Shown here piece after piece: positions 13,758-27,700 of a stretch of DNA of 64,000 nt. The stretch comes from Podarcis bocagei. Taxonomy: Eukaryota. Positions within the stretch are counted from its first letter, which is position 1; each line of letters opens with the position of its first letter. The stretch is from the NCBI GenBank assembly GCA_964188305.1, contig OZ076893.1; one strand, written 5' to 3'. Made by a program: the position numbers and the translations under genes. The notes beneath the pieces were generated by a model. That model ran no database searches and was not told where the DNA came from. It was given only the letters and a program-made list of their open reading frames with translations.

Positions 13758-14285
13758 TATCTTAGTTCAGTTTTGTGTGTTATCATTTTCTATTTTTATT
13801 ATGACTAGAGGCTTCAAAAGCTGGAAATTGCTCTGGCTTCTCTGGACCTCTGGAAGGACCTATTTGTAAGAGGAACACTACATAACTGCTAAATATTCTT
13901 ATCATCATAATGAGAAACTGTATCATATTATAGAATGAAAGTTTGCCCCAATTCATCAACATTCATCATACATTCCCCAGGAAAAAGGAAAGAATGTGTT
14001 ATGAAATGTGAATTTCTGTGTACAGATTCATGGCTTGTGTTCCATTTCTGCATTAATCTGCAAATACATTTAATTCCCCTCAAAATAATTATTTAAATAC
14101 CTATTTACGCAATGATGTTTTCTTCAGAGTAGTATAGGTAAAGCAGGGCTGTCATAATTATGTGTGCCAGCAGGTGGTAGCAATTTCATTGTGTTCTGGC
14201 TGAATAAAGCAAGAGCAATAATGATGATTATTTCCTTAAATAATAATAATAAAACAGCCTTAGTATAATATCTTTACACAGTGGT

Positions 14286-14288
<3 letters not shown>

Positions 14289-14331
<43 letters not shown>

Positions 14332-14632
14332 TTTATTTATATCCCGCCCTCCCCAGCCGAAGCCAGGCTCAGGGCGGCTAACAACAATAAAACAGTACAA
14401 AAGTACAGCATAAACAACACTCTAAAATCATTCATTATAAAATTAATTAATTCAAGCCACTGGCAACCATTGGGCCAGAGCTTCACGAGGATTGCTGAGG
14501 GAGGGAGTCAGGCTGTGCCCTGGCCAAAGGCCTGGTGGAACAGCTCTGTCTTGCAGGCCCTGCGGAAAGATGTCAAGTCCCGTAGGGCCCTGGTCTCTTG
14601 TGACAGAGTGTTCCACCAGATCGGAGCCACAG
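14289..14632 (-). mobile_element. 5'-truncated L2 LINE 3' end with (AAT)n tail
   Basis: Closely similar to 24657-24985 (atcccgccctccccagccgaagcc...aaaggcctggtggaacagctctgtcttgcaggccctgcggaaagatgtcaagtc). Confidence 0.9.
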
Positions 14633-14980
14633 CCTGTAGTATGGTACCAAATCATTTTTATACCCACATTTATTCCCTCTGTGTGGGCATATCTACAGCA
14701 ACCCAATAATATATGCCACTATTCTTAATTATAACCAAGGAATAGTTCCCACCTGTTCCATAATGTACTCTAAGATCCAAGTCAGGTAATTTGCCACCTG
14801 AGCCAAAAAGATAACAATATGCTTTTCAGGAATGCCTGTCCTGTTTTCAACAAATGTAATTGCGACTGTGAGACGGCCCTTTCCCCCTGGCACCATTGGA
14901 CCCACCCTCACTTAAATATAGTGCACCCACCTCACAGAACACCAATTCCACCAATTCCTACAAACTACCCCAGATTATCT

Positions 14981-15713
14981 TGTGGGGGACCTGTGCGAGG
15001 GAAAACTTAAAAATTTGGAGTCTTGGGCAGGATTTGATCAAATAAACAATAAAGATTTTATTAAACAAAGGAAGTTTATGACACAAGTGGGTAAAACATA
15101 GGATACTTCAGATTATAATGCTATTTCACTTCAGTTCTTTCTCAGCTGTTGCACAGCTGTTGCCACTTAATACTTTGGTTCTTAAACAAGGTGGTACTTC
15201 CTGTCAGTTACACACCTCTTAGACAACTCAACTCCTGAGGTACTCCAAGTAACAGACCCAAGGGATCTCCACACCCCTCTTAACTGGTTTGGGAGTCTTC
15301 TCCTTTTGCAGAAGGATCTCTCCCCTCCTGGCTGGAATGAGACCTAAGTAGACTAAATCCTCACAGCTTCTACTTCTCCTGGCACAGCCTGAGCCTCCCA
15401 GTTAATTCCTGGCCTATTACTCTCACAGGACACCACACACTGTCCTTCACACTAAGCTCAGAGACTCCTTTCTCTAGCTTTTGATATATTCCTCAGAGTG
15501 GATATTTCTACCCAGAACCAATTCTCTTTCCTCTCACTCCCTATCTCCCAACCTCTATCCCAACCTACCAAACGAACCTACCAAATGTCTCTCAAAATTC
15601 TCTCATTTTCAACCCCCTCTCCTGGAACGCTGGCCAATCAGAGGCTGCCATTTGCTGGCAGGGAAAACACTTGGGGACCCAACCTGCCCAGCAAAACAAA
15701 TTTTTCCGCCACA
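14981..15713. mobile_element. Possible solo LTR
   Basis: TGTGG...CCACA termini with LTR-like composition; no TSD found. Confidence 0.35.
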
Positions 15714-16427
15714 GTAAGCCATTTATTTACTAATCCTCCATGTGTTCTATGTCGAGTCTCTGCTAGCTACCCAATTATATGAGTTTAGCATCATTAATAT
15801 GTTTAGAAACAGTTGTTTATCCCTCATATAGATATGTCCTCCATGAATACTGTGTGATAGATGCCTTCAGCTTCATTTTCTCTCAAATAACTTTCTAACC
15901 AAATTTCCACAAGCAGGGGAAAGGAGGTGGCATGTCTGTGCTCCAGCAGCTTTGAAAAACCATATGCTAGTTTCCATAATATCAGTTGATAAATGAAGAT
16001 GACCATATATGACAGAGGCTAAAAATATGAGGATATAGTTGCCATGGCAATTGATCAAGATTCTAGGGGGCATGAAACAGCTTCCTATGTACTCTCCTGG
16101 TGGCAGTTAAGAGGCCCTTAAATAAATCCTACTGTTGGAAACGGTGTGGTCTGATGACCACATGGGAGGAATAGGGAGACTTGATGGAATTTACAGGGCT
16201 TACATAATAAAATGTTGTATACAAAATATGTTGTGCTAAAACTTTGGAGGGGGGAGTTGAAACCGGAGAAGGATGCTTTGCTTCAGTACTTAGAAACGGA
16301 TTCTTGATATGTTTACTCAGATGTACATGCTGCTGAATTTAATGGGGTGTACTCCCTAATAAGAATGCTTTTGGGTATGTATTGGTGACCTGGAAGCCAG
16401 AGAAAAACAAGGCTTGGTGCTTCTGAA

Positions 16428-16491
<64 letters not shown>
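16428..16491. repeat. (ATT)n microsatellite
   Basis: Direct inspection. Confidence 0.95.
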
Positions 16492-16494
<3 letters not shown>

Positions 16495-17914
16495 TTGTCC
16501 ATGCATGTAGCAAAGCACTCTGAAGTTCTGCCAAGTTCAGTTTGTCCTGTAATTCCTGGGATAGACTTGCAATTAATCAAGAGGCATTCTCAGATCAAGG
16601 AATGGATCCAGAATACAACAGAGATTTCAGAAATTTGTAGAGTTTTTCCTTAATGCCAAATCCTGCTTTATATAGATCATGTCACTTATTATTATTGACA
16701 ATTTCCATGAGCTGGGGCTTTCTCATAGAACACGGAAGCAGAATTCTTTCACAGGTACAAATATGGAGCAAGAAAACTGAGGCATCTGTATATATTTTGT
16801 AATCTCATTGCATTAAATTCCTGGGCTTGATGATGTGGCTTATATTTACTGACTCTTAACAGTTCATTTCTAGCCTTAGGCTCATTCATCCTTCACACAT
16901 TTCCATTTCTTCAGAGGTGTTTCTCTAGCTGGAAAATCCTAGCTCTTAAACTCTTGTGTTATTTTAGCTAAGTTCTATATAGAATTAAAGATAGTGAAAT
17001 GCTTTGGGACATTTTTGACAACCTGTCTTTAGGCATACATGCATCTGATTTAGTGATTTCAAATACAGTCTGTTAAATGCTCAGCAAAAATTTCATGTAA
17101 ATTCAGCACCTAATCTGCAGCATATGGGCCTGGTTTTATTTTTCTGTGAAGAGGAATTAATCTGCACAGACACACAGAGAGATACAGTAGATAGGCTGGC
17201 TGTCTTCTTTTTAAGGACCAGGGAATTAATGAGGCCTGGTTGGTAAATACAGCCAACCTGCTATTTTACACACTGCAGCTGCCAAGTTGTATATAATTTT
17301 ATCATATGTACTTGGTCATCAAGTTTGTTTATTATATTGGCATCTTTTGATAATTTATGTAAAGCACTTATTTTTTAGTAAACCATCTATCATTTTAAGA
17401 AATCATCAATCAAAATAAAACAAATATGGAAGTGCTGTTAATCTATTACAGGACAATTACGTTTGCCCAGTATATCATTAAGGAGCAAAAGAGCAAACAC
17501 AGCCTTGACTTTTAAAAGGGTGGAAGACAGATCCCTGCTAAACAAATGAGTGCAACATGCAACAAATGGAGGAGCAGCCATCCAGGAGAAAGAGGCTCAG
17601 CCAGAAATCCCTGGAATGATAACAGGGGCATTGCAAGCAGGTCCCTAATTTCACCTGTGAAATGTTGATGGCTGCGTTAACTTTGTGGTAGCCAATGTGA
17701 TGCCTGCCAGATTTTATTCGATTCCAACTCCCATCATCCCCAGCCAGCATGGCCTATGGTGAGCAATGAAGTGGGCTGGAGGTCACCACACAAGGCTCAA
17801 GCCAGACGTAGCCAAAGTTCCCAACCTATCTGCTCCTGGATTTAACTTGTCCACTTGTCCCAGGGTTTACTAGGGTCAAAGACCAGTTGTTGTCCTGCGT
17901 CTACAATCCTAAAT

Positions 17915-18491
17915 TGTCAGGGACTGGCTGGATGAGAAAGAGTGGTGGGTGCCACCTGCCCTAGAGCCCCTCAGGAATAACACAGAAGATTACTTGGACT
18001 CTAGATTGTGGTGGGACATTGGAGAGCAGCCTGGGGAAGGGAAGAATTGGGAGGTGCTTGAAGCAGGAGGCTTGAGCGATCAAGGGGGTTCAGAAGAAGG
18101 AGGAGGCCCTTCCAGGACAGGGCTGGATGCTGAGAGTCTCAGGAATAGCACAGACTCAGACAGAGAGGAGTCAGAGATTGCCTCTGCTAGTCAGCAGCTG
18201 GACAGTCCCCATCCTGCTGGCTGTCCTTCCCCCATGACCCCCACTTAAGGAGAGCAATGGACCAGATGGGTTCAGAGGAGGAGCTCACCCCCTCATCACA
18301 GTCTCTGTTTGGGAGGGGTCCAGAGTGAGAGGCTAGAGGGAGTAGGCAGGGCCAGTCTTAAGATGAATGAGTCAAGCCAGAGTAACTCTGCTGTGTTGTC
18401 ACTTTCTGTGAATAAAAACTAATTGCATTCCGTGCCTCGTGTTCTTTCCTGCCCTGTGGATGACCTGCAGTCGCCTGACAGCTCCTTGACA
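17915..18491 (+). mobile_element. Solo LTR (Gypsy-like)
   Basis: TGTCAGG...TGACA termini and AATAAA at ~18411; its start resembles the LTR at 20670-21100; TSD degenerate. Confidence 0.6.
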
Positions 18492-18961
18492 TAATCCCAG
18501 AGACTCCTAGGGTGTGGGCCTTGTTGAACACAGTGGAACACACAAATAGAAGCACATAAGATTGAGTAGAGGGAGCACTGGGAAAGTAACCTGTTTCCAT
18601 GACTGGGTCCTGGTTGAGGTCTTGTTCTGAAGGGTCCAGTGTTCAAAGGGTCCAGGTCACCGAGATGAAGACTTTCAGTCTTCTTTAGTTTAAGCTCTAT
18701 CCAACTTCCTGAAAAACAATGTTGTTGTTGTTGCTGTTGTTGTTGTTTGCATTTCTGAAACATTTCCATATTGATAAAATGTAAACAAAAATAATACAAA
18801 AAGAAAAGAATCTCTGTAATAAGAAAAAGTAACAATTTTAAGATTACACACCCCCCCCCAGAAAACATAACCAACTTCCCATCCTCCCCTTCCATGGTTC
18901 CTTTTATCTCCTGTTTTTCTCACAGTTCCTTGGTTCACCCTGTCTATCACAACTCCTTATA

Positions 18962-19187
18962 CAGTGGTACCTCAGGTTAAGTACTTAATTCATTCCAGAG
19001 GTCCATTCTTAACCTGAAACTGTTCTTAACCCGAAGCACCACTTTAGCTAATAGGGCCTCCTGCTGCTGCCATGCCGCTGGAGCACGATTTCTGTTCTCA
19101 TCCTGAAGCAAAGTTCTTAACCCGAGGTACTATTTCTGGGTTAGCAGAGTCTATAACCTGAAGCGTATGTAACCTGAGCTACCACTG
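18962..19187. mobile_element. Tigger/pogo-like MITE
   Basis: ta|cagtggtacctc...taccactg|ta. Confidence 0.88.
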
Positions 19188-19646
19188 TATAAACTTTTGT
19201 TATTTCTTACACTGCTGAGAATCTTACCATCCTGCTACGTTGATTATCTGCTTATAATACTTTTTCATATATGCAATAAAGAAGATCCAGCCTTCCTTAT
19301 ATCTTTCAGCATTTTGATTTCTTATTCTAGTGGTCATCCCTGCTAGCTATGAAAAACAATGTTTGTCGGTTCACACATGCACACAATCACACCAGCTGAG
19401 TTTACCTTTAGGTTTGGCTTCTGCATTAGAACTGCTAATGGCTCCAGATGTGGATATGTTACTGACGGTTCTCCATACATGCTGTGTGTGGCATTGGAAA
19501 CCCTCTTTATGTTATGTGGGCTCTAGAGATGCCTCTGACAGGGTTGATAATGGAATAGAGAGGCTCTTCTTTGGGGATCTCAAATATATTTTGGAATGGT
19601 AACATGCCAAAATTGCAGCTATTAAAATCAATGAGGCAGATTGCTC

Positions 19647-19870
19647 CAGGCATATCCAAAGACCATTTCGGGGGCCTAATCTGGCCTGCTGGACAGTTTA
19701 ACCAGGCCCCGTGGCAGTTTATTTCCTGGGGTAAAATCCTAAAAAAACCTCAACAACTTCAACCCTAAAAAAAGGGTGACAACTTTGGTTGGCCCCTTGG
19801 TTGGCCCTCACGGCCCTTCACTTAATCAAATCTGGCCCTCTTTGAAAAAAGTTTGGACACCACTCCTGGT
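19647..19870. mobile_element. Old hAT-like MITE
   Basis: Degenerate termini cagg..tccaaa / tttggacacc and ggccc subterminal motifs. Confidence 0.5.
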
Positions 19871-20669
19871 GCCTTAAGCAAAGCAGTGTGTTTGACGACT
19901 GCAGTGTGCTTGTGACTGATGGCTATGATACTCCATTGACCCCACAGCCTGAAAAAAGTTTTGGCACACCAATTCTGGAGGGGAAATGTTATATTTAAGT
20001 GTGGGCACATAAAATCAATCCATTTGTCTGAGAGAACTATCTCTCCACCCCTGGAAACTCACCCCCTGCAAGGATTGGGAAAAGATGTTCTTTCCTTGGT
20101 AAGGGAGCCTTGGGTAAGTGAAACCCAACCTGCCCACCTGGGACCCACTGCCCAACATTTACCAAGGTCTGCAAGCCATGCCCAATGGGGATCCCCAAGT
20201 ACTTCCAAGCCACATACTTCATGCTTAGCTACATTTCCACTTCTAGTAGCTAATATTTTAATGAGTTTGTACTTAAAAAGGACATGTCCCATTCTGAGGC
20301 TTCAGTATTGGCAGACTTTCCTTCACCATAGATTGTGCGTCAGCCGCTGTACCGTAATACGACACGGCACTTCAGAGGAGCAGCATGTGCTTAGAAGCAT
20401 ATTGGTTATGAAAGCTTCTCGTTGTAATGTTATTCACATCTGAAGTAATTGAGAGAAAACAATGGATCCTGTAAGCCGTTATGAGCACCAGGCTGTGATG
20501 TTCTGGGAAGGGAAGTGGTATGGGAAATGTCACCGAAAGCCACAACTTTTCTTTTAAGAAAACAGCATCCACTATGCTTTATTTCTTCTTAAATATGCAC
20601 ATTGAATCAAGGCAATGAAAACTGAAATGTTCAGTCTTTAAGCTAATAAGGAAAGCTTTCTATAGGAAC

Positions 20670-21100
20670 TGTAATGAATATAGGGGTTGCTCGTGTGTAA
20701 GTTGCCGCCACTCCTGGCTATGTTGCCTTGTTAAACCTTTTCTGCCTGGACAGCCCTTCACTTCGTGGCTGCCTCAGTCGCTAGCAGAATCCGTCAGTGG
20801 GCGTTTCTTAAACCTTTTCAGCATAAAAGCTGTTTGACGCCAAGTCTCCTCCTACTCTCCCTGCGCGGAAGTCTTCTGCGCAGGGAGGGTGTGGGTAGCG
20901 GAGGACCCGTGCTCTCCCCGCTGGTGTCCAGCGAAGAGTCCTGGAGCCCTTTCGCCGATTCCCCCATCTGCCCCCCTTTATCCCTGGTGTTGCGCTGATT
21001 TCCTTCCCCCACTGAGCTACCTCTCTCCCTGCTGGGTCCCTCTCCAGCATCACTTGAGAGCCTTCCCTCCGCCTCTGGCTCCGATATCAGTTCCCTGACA
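20670..21100 (-). mobile_element. Solo LTR (Gypsy-like, young)
   Basis: TGTAA...TGACA termini, perfect 5-bp TSD ggaac (20665-20669, 21101-21105) and CpG-rich body. Confidence 0.85.
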
Positions 21101-22359
21101 GGAACAAAAAGGAAAAAAGGGGAAAGAATGGACAGTATTATAAATGCTTTTCCCCCCAGAAATGTTTTCTGGAGTTCTCTGTACCTCCAAATGTAGCAGC
21201 TGGGGTGGTGGGGCAAATCTGTCCCCCATGCCATCATCACTATAGCTCACTTCAGTGGGACAGGGCCTCAGTAAGGTTGGGTCTTCTTGGTTGCATTGGT
21301 GGAGCCAATCCTATGCTGCCACTGGTGCATCATTCATGAAGCCTCAACCCTGCTATCACCGTGACCCACTCTGGGTATAGAGCGGTATATAAATTCAATA
21401 AATAATAATAATCTCCACCCAGGTAACCCCTGGAATCCCATTATAAGCAGGTAGAGCTATTTTGTCTATTGATCTGTCAGTCTATCTATCTGGAATTAAT
21501 ATCCTGCCTTTCAAAGTCCGAGGATGACTTTTTTACATTCCATAGTAAGTGATATTAAAGATTCAAATCTCTTTAAAAATAAAAATAAAAATAAAAATCA
21601 CCTTGAATCCAGACAGACAGCAGAGGGCAGTGTTAACATTCTGAATGCAGAGGATATAAAATCTACCATAAATCTTTTGTATGTAAGATTGACATACAAA
21701 TAAGTCAATGCTTATTTACTAGAAAATGAGTAGCAGGTAGTTGTTCCATTTTGATATTGTACAAAAGGTTTCGTTTGGGGCTTATTGTCATGTTACATTA
21801 TCTAGATTGTCAGTTGGGGTGGAGGGGAAAAAAAGGCATAAAAATCTCTAATAGAATGATAGAAGAGACTGAAACATCAAAACTGCATTATTTCTTGCAC
21901 ATTCATTGAATGTGTGTGAATGATTGATTTGCTTTCTGTTTAAGTATTTGCGAACAAAATAATTTGGCCTCCAGCAGAGAAAATATCTTGGGGACACTAA
22001 AGAACATTTAGGAATAGAAGACTGTTTTCTAGGATCTGAGGCAATGATCTGAAGTATCCAGAGAGGCAGGGGGAGGTTGGTGATGGCTTCTGCAGCAGTA
22101 AAGGTTAACACCTAAGTCAATATAGTAGCTACTTGATCGCACACTTGGGTAATAATAAAAGGATTTACAATATTGGTTGAATCTTTTACATAACAATAAA
22201 GATCCTTCAGTTCCTGACCCACTCACTAATGGCTTGGCCTTCTGGAGTGCTGGGGGACGATGAGGTGACAACACAAATGGCAAGAATGACAGCCACAGGG
22301 GCTTGAAATAAATCTAGTTGAATGTGGCCTAGAGGCCATTTTGGAGCTGACTCCATGAT

Positions 22360-22512
22360 TGGTCACCTTCCCTCAAAAAAGGATGTTGTAGTGTTGGAAA
22401 AGGTTCAGAAAAGGGCAATCCAAATGATGGATCATCTCCCCTATGAGGAAAGGTTGTGACATTTAAGACTTCTTAGTTTAAAGAAGGTGATAAGACAGAA
22501 GTGTATGATATT
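22360..22512 (+). mobile_element. Old CR1 ORF2 3' fragment
   Basis: tggtcacc...ttggaaaaggttcagaaaagggcaa...ctcccctatgaggaaaggttg resembles the CR1 LERVQRRAT...LSYEERL region. Confidence 0.6.
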
Positions 22513-23951
22513 ACCGCATAGCCTTTCAGATGTATGCTATCTGTTGTTTGTTTGATATTTGCTCTTTTAGAATTCTACTGTGTAAATTGTTCCTCTTTGC
22601 TGCTATGGACGGGCATATTGTTTAAAATATTTTTGTGACAGAGAATCCAGAACACAAGACACAAGTTGGCTGGAAAGAGATTTCAATTTGAAATGTGTTG
22701 GACTCAGTAACAGTCTTCTGTGCACCTAAACAAAGGGCTTGTCCCCACTTCTGCTTGTCCAATGCTTAGAAAGCACAGGTCTGAGTGATTTTCACTCCTT
22801 TCCCATGGAAAAACCCTCACTTCAGTACTAAACCAGAGCAGACATCAATCTGGAGAAAACTCAAATTGCCATTTGCGCCAATTGAGCACTAAAGAGCAGT
22901 TTTCCCCAGTGGAATTCAGTGGTAGAAGAGGAAATTTGGATAATTCCCCCTCCTCTCTCCTCTTCTTGCATTTCCAGATTCCCCCTCCTCACAATTCCTG
23001 GGGGTTGGTGAGGCCTAGGTTCAGTTAATTGAATGGGAACAAGATCTTTACTAAGTTCATAAAATAGTAGGTGCTAATAAGGATTATCCAAACCCCCTGC
23101 TTATGAAGAATGTGTCTGGTGGCAGCAGCAACTGATAATTTCTATAGCCTCTCTCCTGGAGTGACTGACAGAGACTGAATAAAAGCCCCGTTTGATCATT
23201 TAGTGTTGTTACAAACATCTGACTGTGAAGGGAACAGAACTAGCAGAAGGGAGAGAAGTCACACAAACACAGTATGTTCACTGGCAAAGAGAACATCACG
23301 GACCACTTTTTGCACCCTTCTCATGTAGCACGTATTTTGAGATTGCTCAAATAGCTTGCTTTTTTTACCTGCAGGTTGCCTGCTTAACAACAAGCTCCTG
23401 GTGTACTTTCTAAGGCCATTATGCCCCATTATCTCTAAATGACTAACATGAACCTGGTTCAGCTCTTCCTATGAGTCTTCTCCCCACAGACAAAATTCAA
23501 TACATGCTGTTTTTCCGAGTGTGTTTCCTTTTGCACAGGCACAGGGACATTGATGCCTGGCTGAAAGAGGCAATTATGGGCATATGCGTCCTCTCCCTGG
23601 TTTGACTAACACTAAGTCTGCTTGACTTCCACTGTTTTTTTCTGGATATTGACAAGTAACCAATTCCCGCCCCCCTTCCCCACATTTCCATCAGATTGTA
23701 GTGTTGTTTGGACTTAGTACCATTATGGTTATAATGGTTAAATATCTCTCTTACATGTTACACATTTGCATCATCATATTAAAGATGGTTATGAAATTAA
23801 ATACCAGGACAAAAGTTTAAGCAATAGCACACTAAGCATGGACACGAGTAAAGGGTTATTTGTCCTCCTTCGGGTGCATCTTTTTATTTATTTATTTATT
23901 CTTGCATTGATGTCCTGCTTTTTCTTCCATCTTGGACCCCAAGAATGTGTG

Positions 23952-24470
23952 TGTCACGATCCAGTTCATGGGCGATCGAAGTCCCGGCAGGGGACGTCAG
24001 GACCGGGGGCAAGATGGCAGGATGGGAGCAGGAACAGGGGTCCAGAAGCCAGGAGTCAGGAGTCAGGAAGCCAAGAGTCTGAGGGTCAGAGAGCTGGGAG
24101 TCAAGAAGCCAAGGGTCCAAGGGTCAGAAAGCAAGGAGCCACAAAGTCGGGGATCCGAGGATCAAGAAGCAAGGAGTCAAGAAGTCAAGGGTTCGAGGAT
24201 CAAGAAGCAAGGAGTCAAGAAGCTGAGGTTCAAGGATCAGGAAGCAAGAAACTAATCACAGCAAGGCAGGAAGCGTGTTGCTGTGGCAAAGAGCCGAAGG
24301 GAAATGCTGACCTTATATCCCTTCCCAGCTCTTGCCACCAGGTGCTGTGAGTTACCAATCGGCCTCATCTGTGAGGCCACACCTTGCCTCTTCAGAACAA
24401 ATTTGGGAAGGCCCCAGTCCTGCAAAGTCCTACTGGTCACAGGGCCTGGCTCCTGCATGCACACCTGACA
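23952..24470. mobile_element. Solo LTR with an internal degenerate tandem array
   Basis: TGTCA...TGACA termini, TSD gtgtg/gtgta, and repeated caagaagc(a/c)aagg(a/g)t units at 24045-24250. Confidence 0.75.
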
Positions 24471-24654
24471 GTGTATGTGTACGACTGTCACCACTGCAGG
24501 CATCAACCAGTCCCATACCTGCTTAGCTTCAGAAAGGTGGTGTCCTCCTGTGCCTCTAGGGATGTAACAAGGCATCAGTGTCCATTCTAACCCGTGTTCA
24601 CCACATGCAGTGCTGTTTTCTTTCCACTGCATTTCAGCTTCCAATAGAAATTAT

Positions 24655-24656
<2 letters not shown>

Positions 24657-24705
<49 letters not shown>

Positions 24706-27700
24706 TTATTTATATCCCGCCCTCCCCAGCCGAAGCCGGGCTCAGGACGGCTAACAACACTAAAATAGTGCAACATTCTAACAACATTATAAAAATTAAT
24801 TAAAATCAAAATTGATGGCAACCATAAACTAAAGTTCTGTAAAGATTGTCAAAGGAGGGAGTCAGGCTGCGCCCTGACCAAAGGCCTGGTGGAACAGCTC
24901 TGTCTTGCAGGCCCTGCGGAAAGATGTCAAGTCTTGCAGGGCCCTTGTCTCTTGTGACAGAGCATTCCACCAGGTTGGAGTCGCAGCCGAAAAAGCCCTG
25001 GCTCTAGCTGTGGCCTGGGACCTTCAAGATGTTTTTATTTGAAGACCGTAAGTTCCTCTGTGGGGCATACCAGGAGAGGCGGTCCCGTAGGTACGAGGGT
25101 CCTAGGCCGTATAGGGCTTTAAAGGTTAAAACCAGCACCTTAAACTCCACCGGGAGCCAGTGCAGCTGGTATAGCACCGGATGAATGTGATCTCGCAGTG
25201 AAGACCCCGTAAGGAGTCTCGCCGCGGCATTCTGCACCCGCTGGAGTTTCTGGGTCAGTCTCAAGGGCAGCCCCACGTAGAGCGAGTTACAATAATCCAG
25301 TCTGGAGGTGACTGTCGCGTGGATCACAGTGGCTAAGTCAGGGCAAGAGAGGTAAGGAGCCAACTGCTTAGCTTGGCGGAGATGAAAAAATGCCGCCTTT
25401 GTTATAGCTGCAATCTGCGCCTCCATGGAGAGGGAGGTATCGAAGATTACACCCAAACTCTTAACGGACGGTGCTGGCGCTAATTGCACCCCCCCAAGAG
25501 ATGGGAGTTGCCCCCTCAATCCCATATCATCCCATCCCAGCCAGAGGACTTCTGTCTTCAAAGGATTTAACTTCAACCGGCTCCCACGTAACCATCCAGC
25601 AATAGCTTCCAAGCATCTGATCAGTGTGTCTGGGGCCGAGTCAGGATGGCCATCCATCAATAGATAGAGTTGGGTGTCATCAGCATACTGATGGCAGCCC
25701 AGCCCAAAACTCCGGACAAGCTGGGCAAGGGGGTGCATAAAGATGTTAAAAAGCATCGGGGAGAGTATCGCACCCTGGGGCACACACCAAGGAGTGGCGC
25801 GATGACAATTCCCCCCCAAGCGCCACCCTCTGTCCCCGACCAGAGAGAAACGAGCGCAGCCATTGAAGGACTGTGCCCTGGATCCCCACATTGGCAAGGC
25901 GGTGGTCCAGGAGTTTGTGATCGACCATGTCGAAGGCTGCTGACAGGTCTAGAAGAATCAGCAGCCCCGACCCGCCTCGATCCAGCTGCTTGCGGAGATC
26001 ATCTGTTAGGGCGACCAGAGCCGTCTCGGTCCCATGACCAGCGCGGAAGCCGGACTGGAATGGATCCAGAGCCGATGTTTCATCCAGAAACCTACCAAGC
26101 TGTTCAGCAACCGCTCTCTCAATCACCTTACCCAGGAATGGAAGATTCGAAACCGGGTGGTAATTGGGTAGATCTAAGAGATCTAATGATGTTTTATTTA
26201 AGAGCGGGCACACCACTACCTCCTTCAGTTCCCCTGGGAATGTCCCGGTGCCAAGGGGGGCCCGCACCTCGTCTGGACATGCTCTAATCAGCCAAGACGG
26301 GCACAGGTCGAGAGGACAAGTGGTGGGCTTTCCAGCTCGGAGGAGTCTGTCCACATTGGCTGGGGATATCCGGTCAAAGTGGTCCAATACTGGACCCGAG
26401 GACAGTCGAGGGGCCTCCAGTTCCTTTATTGTATCCAAATTGGCAGGGTGGTCATGGCGGAGCAACAGGACCTTCTCTGCAAAAAAGCTTGCAAATGCCT
26501 CACAGCTGTGTGTCAAATTGTTATTTAAATTTGGCTGTCCTTCAAGGGACGTTAAAGACTGAATTATACTAAATAATTGCGCCGAGCGAGAGCTAGCGGA
26601 TGCAATGGAGGCCGAGAAGTAGGACTTCTTAGCGGCCTTCACTGCCATCTCGTAGGTTTTCATAAAAACCCTATAAGATGTTCTTGAAGCTCCGTCACGG
26701 GCATCCCGCCATACTCGCTCTAGTCATCTGAGGTCCCGCTTCATTTTCCCGGGAGCCCGGTTTCTGCGGGGTCGCAGAGGGCGCTTAGGTGCGATCTCAT
26801 TGATGGCTGCCAGGAGCTGGGTATTCCAGCCCTCAACAAGCTCAGTCAATGAGTCGCCAGGGGGAGAAAGGTCCCGCAAGGCTTGACAGAATCTGTCAGG
26901 GTCCATCAGCCTCTGCAGGCGAGCCCAAATCGGCTCGCCACCTAAGCAGGGTGGGGGTGGAACGTCAATCCTGGCTTTCAGAGCGTAGTGATCAGACCAT
27001 GGCACCTTCATCGAAGGAAGCATGATCACAGCTATACCGACGCCAAAGATCAAATCCAGCGTGTGGCCTGCTTGATGTGTGGGGCCCGAAACAAACTGGG
27101 AGAGCCCTAGTGTCGCCATGGAAGACACCAGGTCCAGAGCCTATGAGGAGGGAGTGGCATCAGCATGGATGTTGAAGTCCCCCAAGGAACTCCAAGGCCC
27201 TCCAAGGCCCAGGAACTCCAAGGCCCAACCGGCCACCGCCTCCAGCAGGCCTGACAGGGTGGCTGCTCGTGCGCTAGGTGGCCGGTACACCAGCCAGACA
27301 GCCAAGCTCACCTCGGAGCCCCACACTAGGCCAACACATTCAATGCCGGGGATCGACAGTGATGGTAGAGCCCTGAAACAACAATCTTCCCGGATTAATA
27401 ATGCCACCCCTCCCCCCCCGGCCCACAGTCCGCGACTGGTGGAGGATGGAGAAACCCGGGGGTGCCATCTCTCGTAAGGTAACAGTTTCCCCTTCGCCCA
27501 CCCAGGTCTCCATCACACAAGCCAGGTCGACCCCCTGCGAGGTGAAGAAATCTCGCAGGGTGGCGGTTTTGTTGCCTATAGACCTGGCATTGCACAACAC
27601 CAGTGACGGAGGTGAGTAATCCTTGCTCACCCTACCCTTGTCTCTCGGGATGGGGCGCAGATTGGAAGGGGTATGAGCATATCCGTATCTCGATCCCCTT

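Noticed and set aside
20760-21100. CpG-island gene promoter
   Set aside because: Lies inside a TG...CA solo LTR with a perfect 5-bp TSD.
25425-27477. Plus-strand ORFs of 80-205 aa
   Set aside because: Antisense shadows of GC-rich L2 ORF2.
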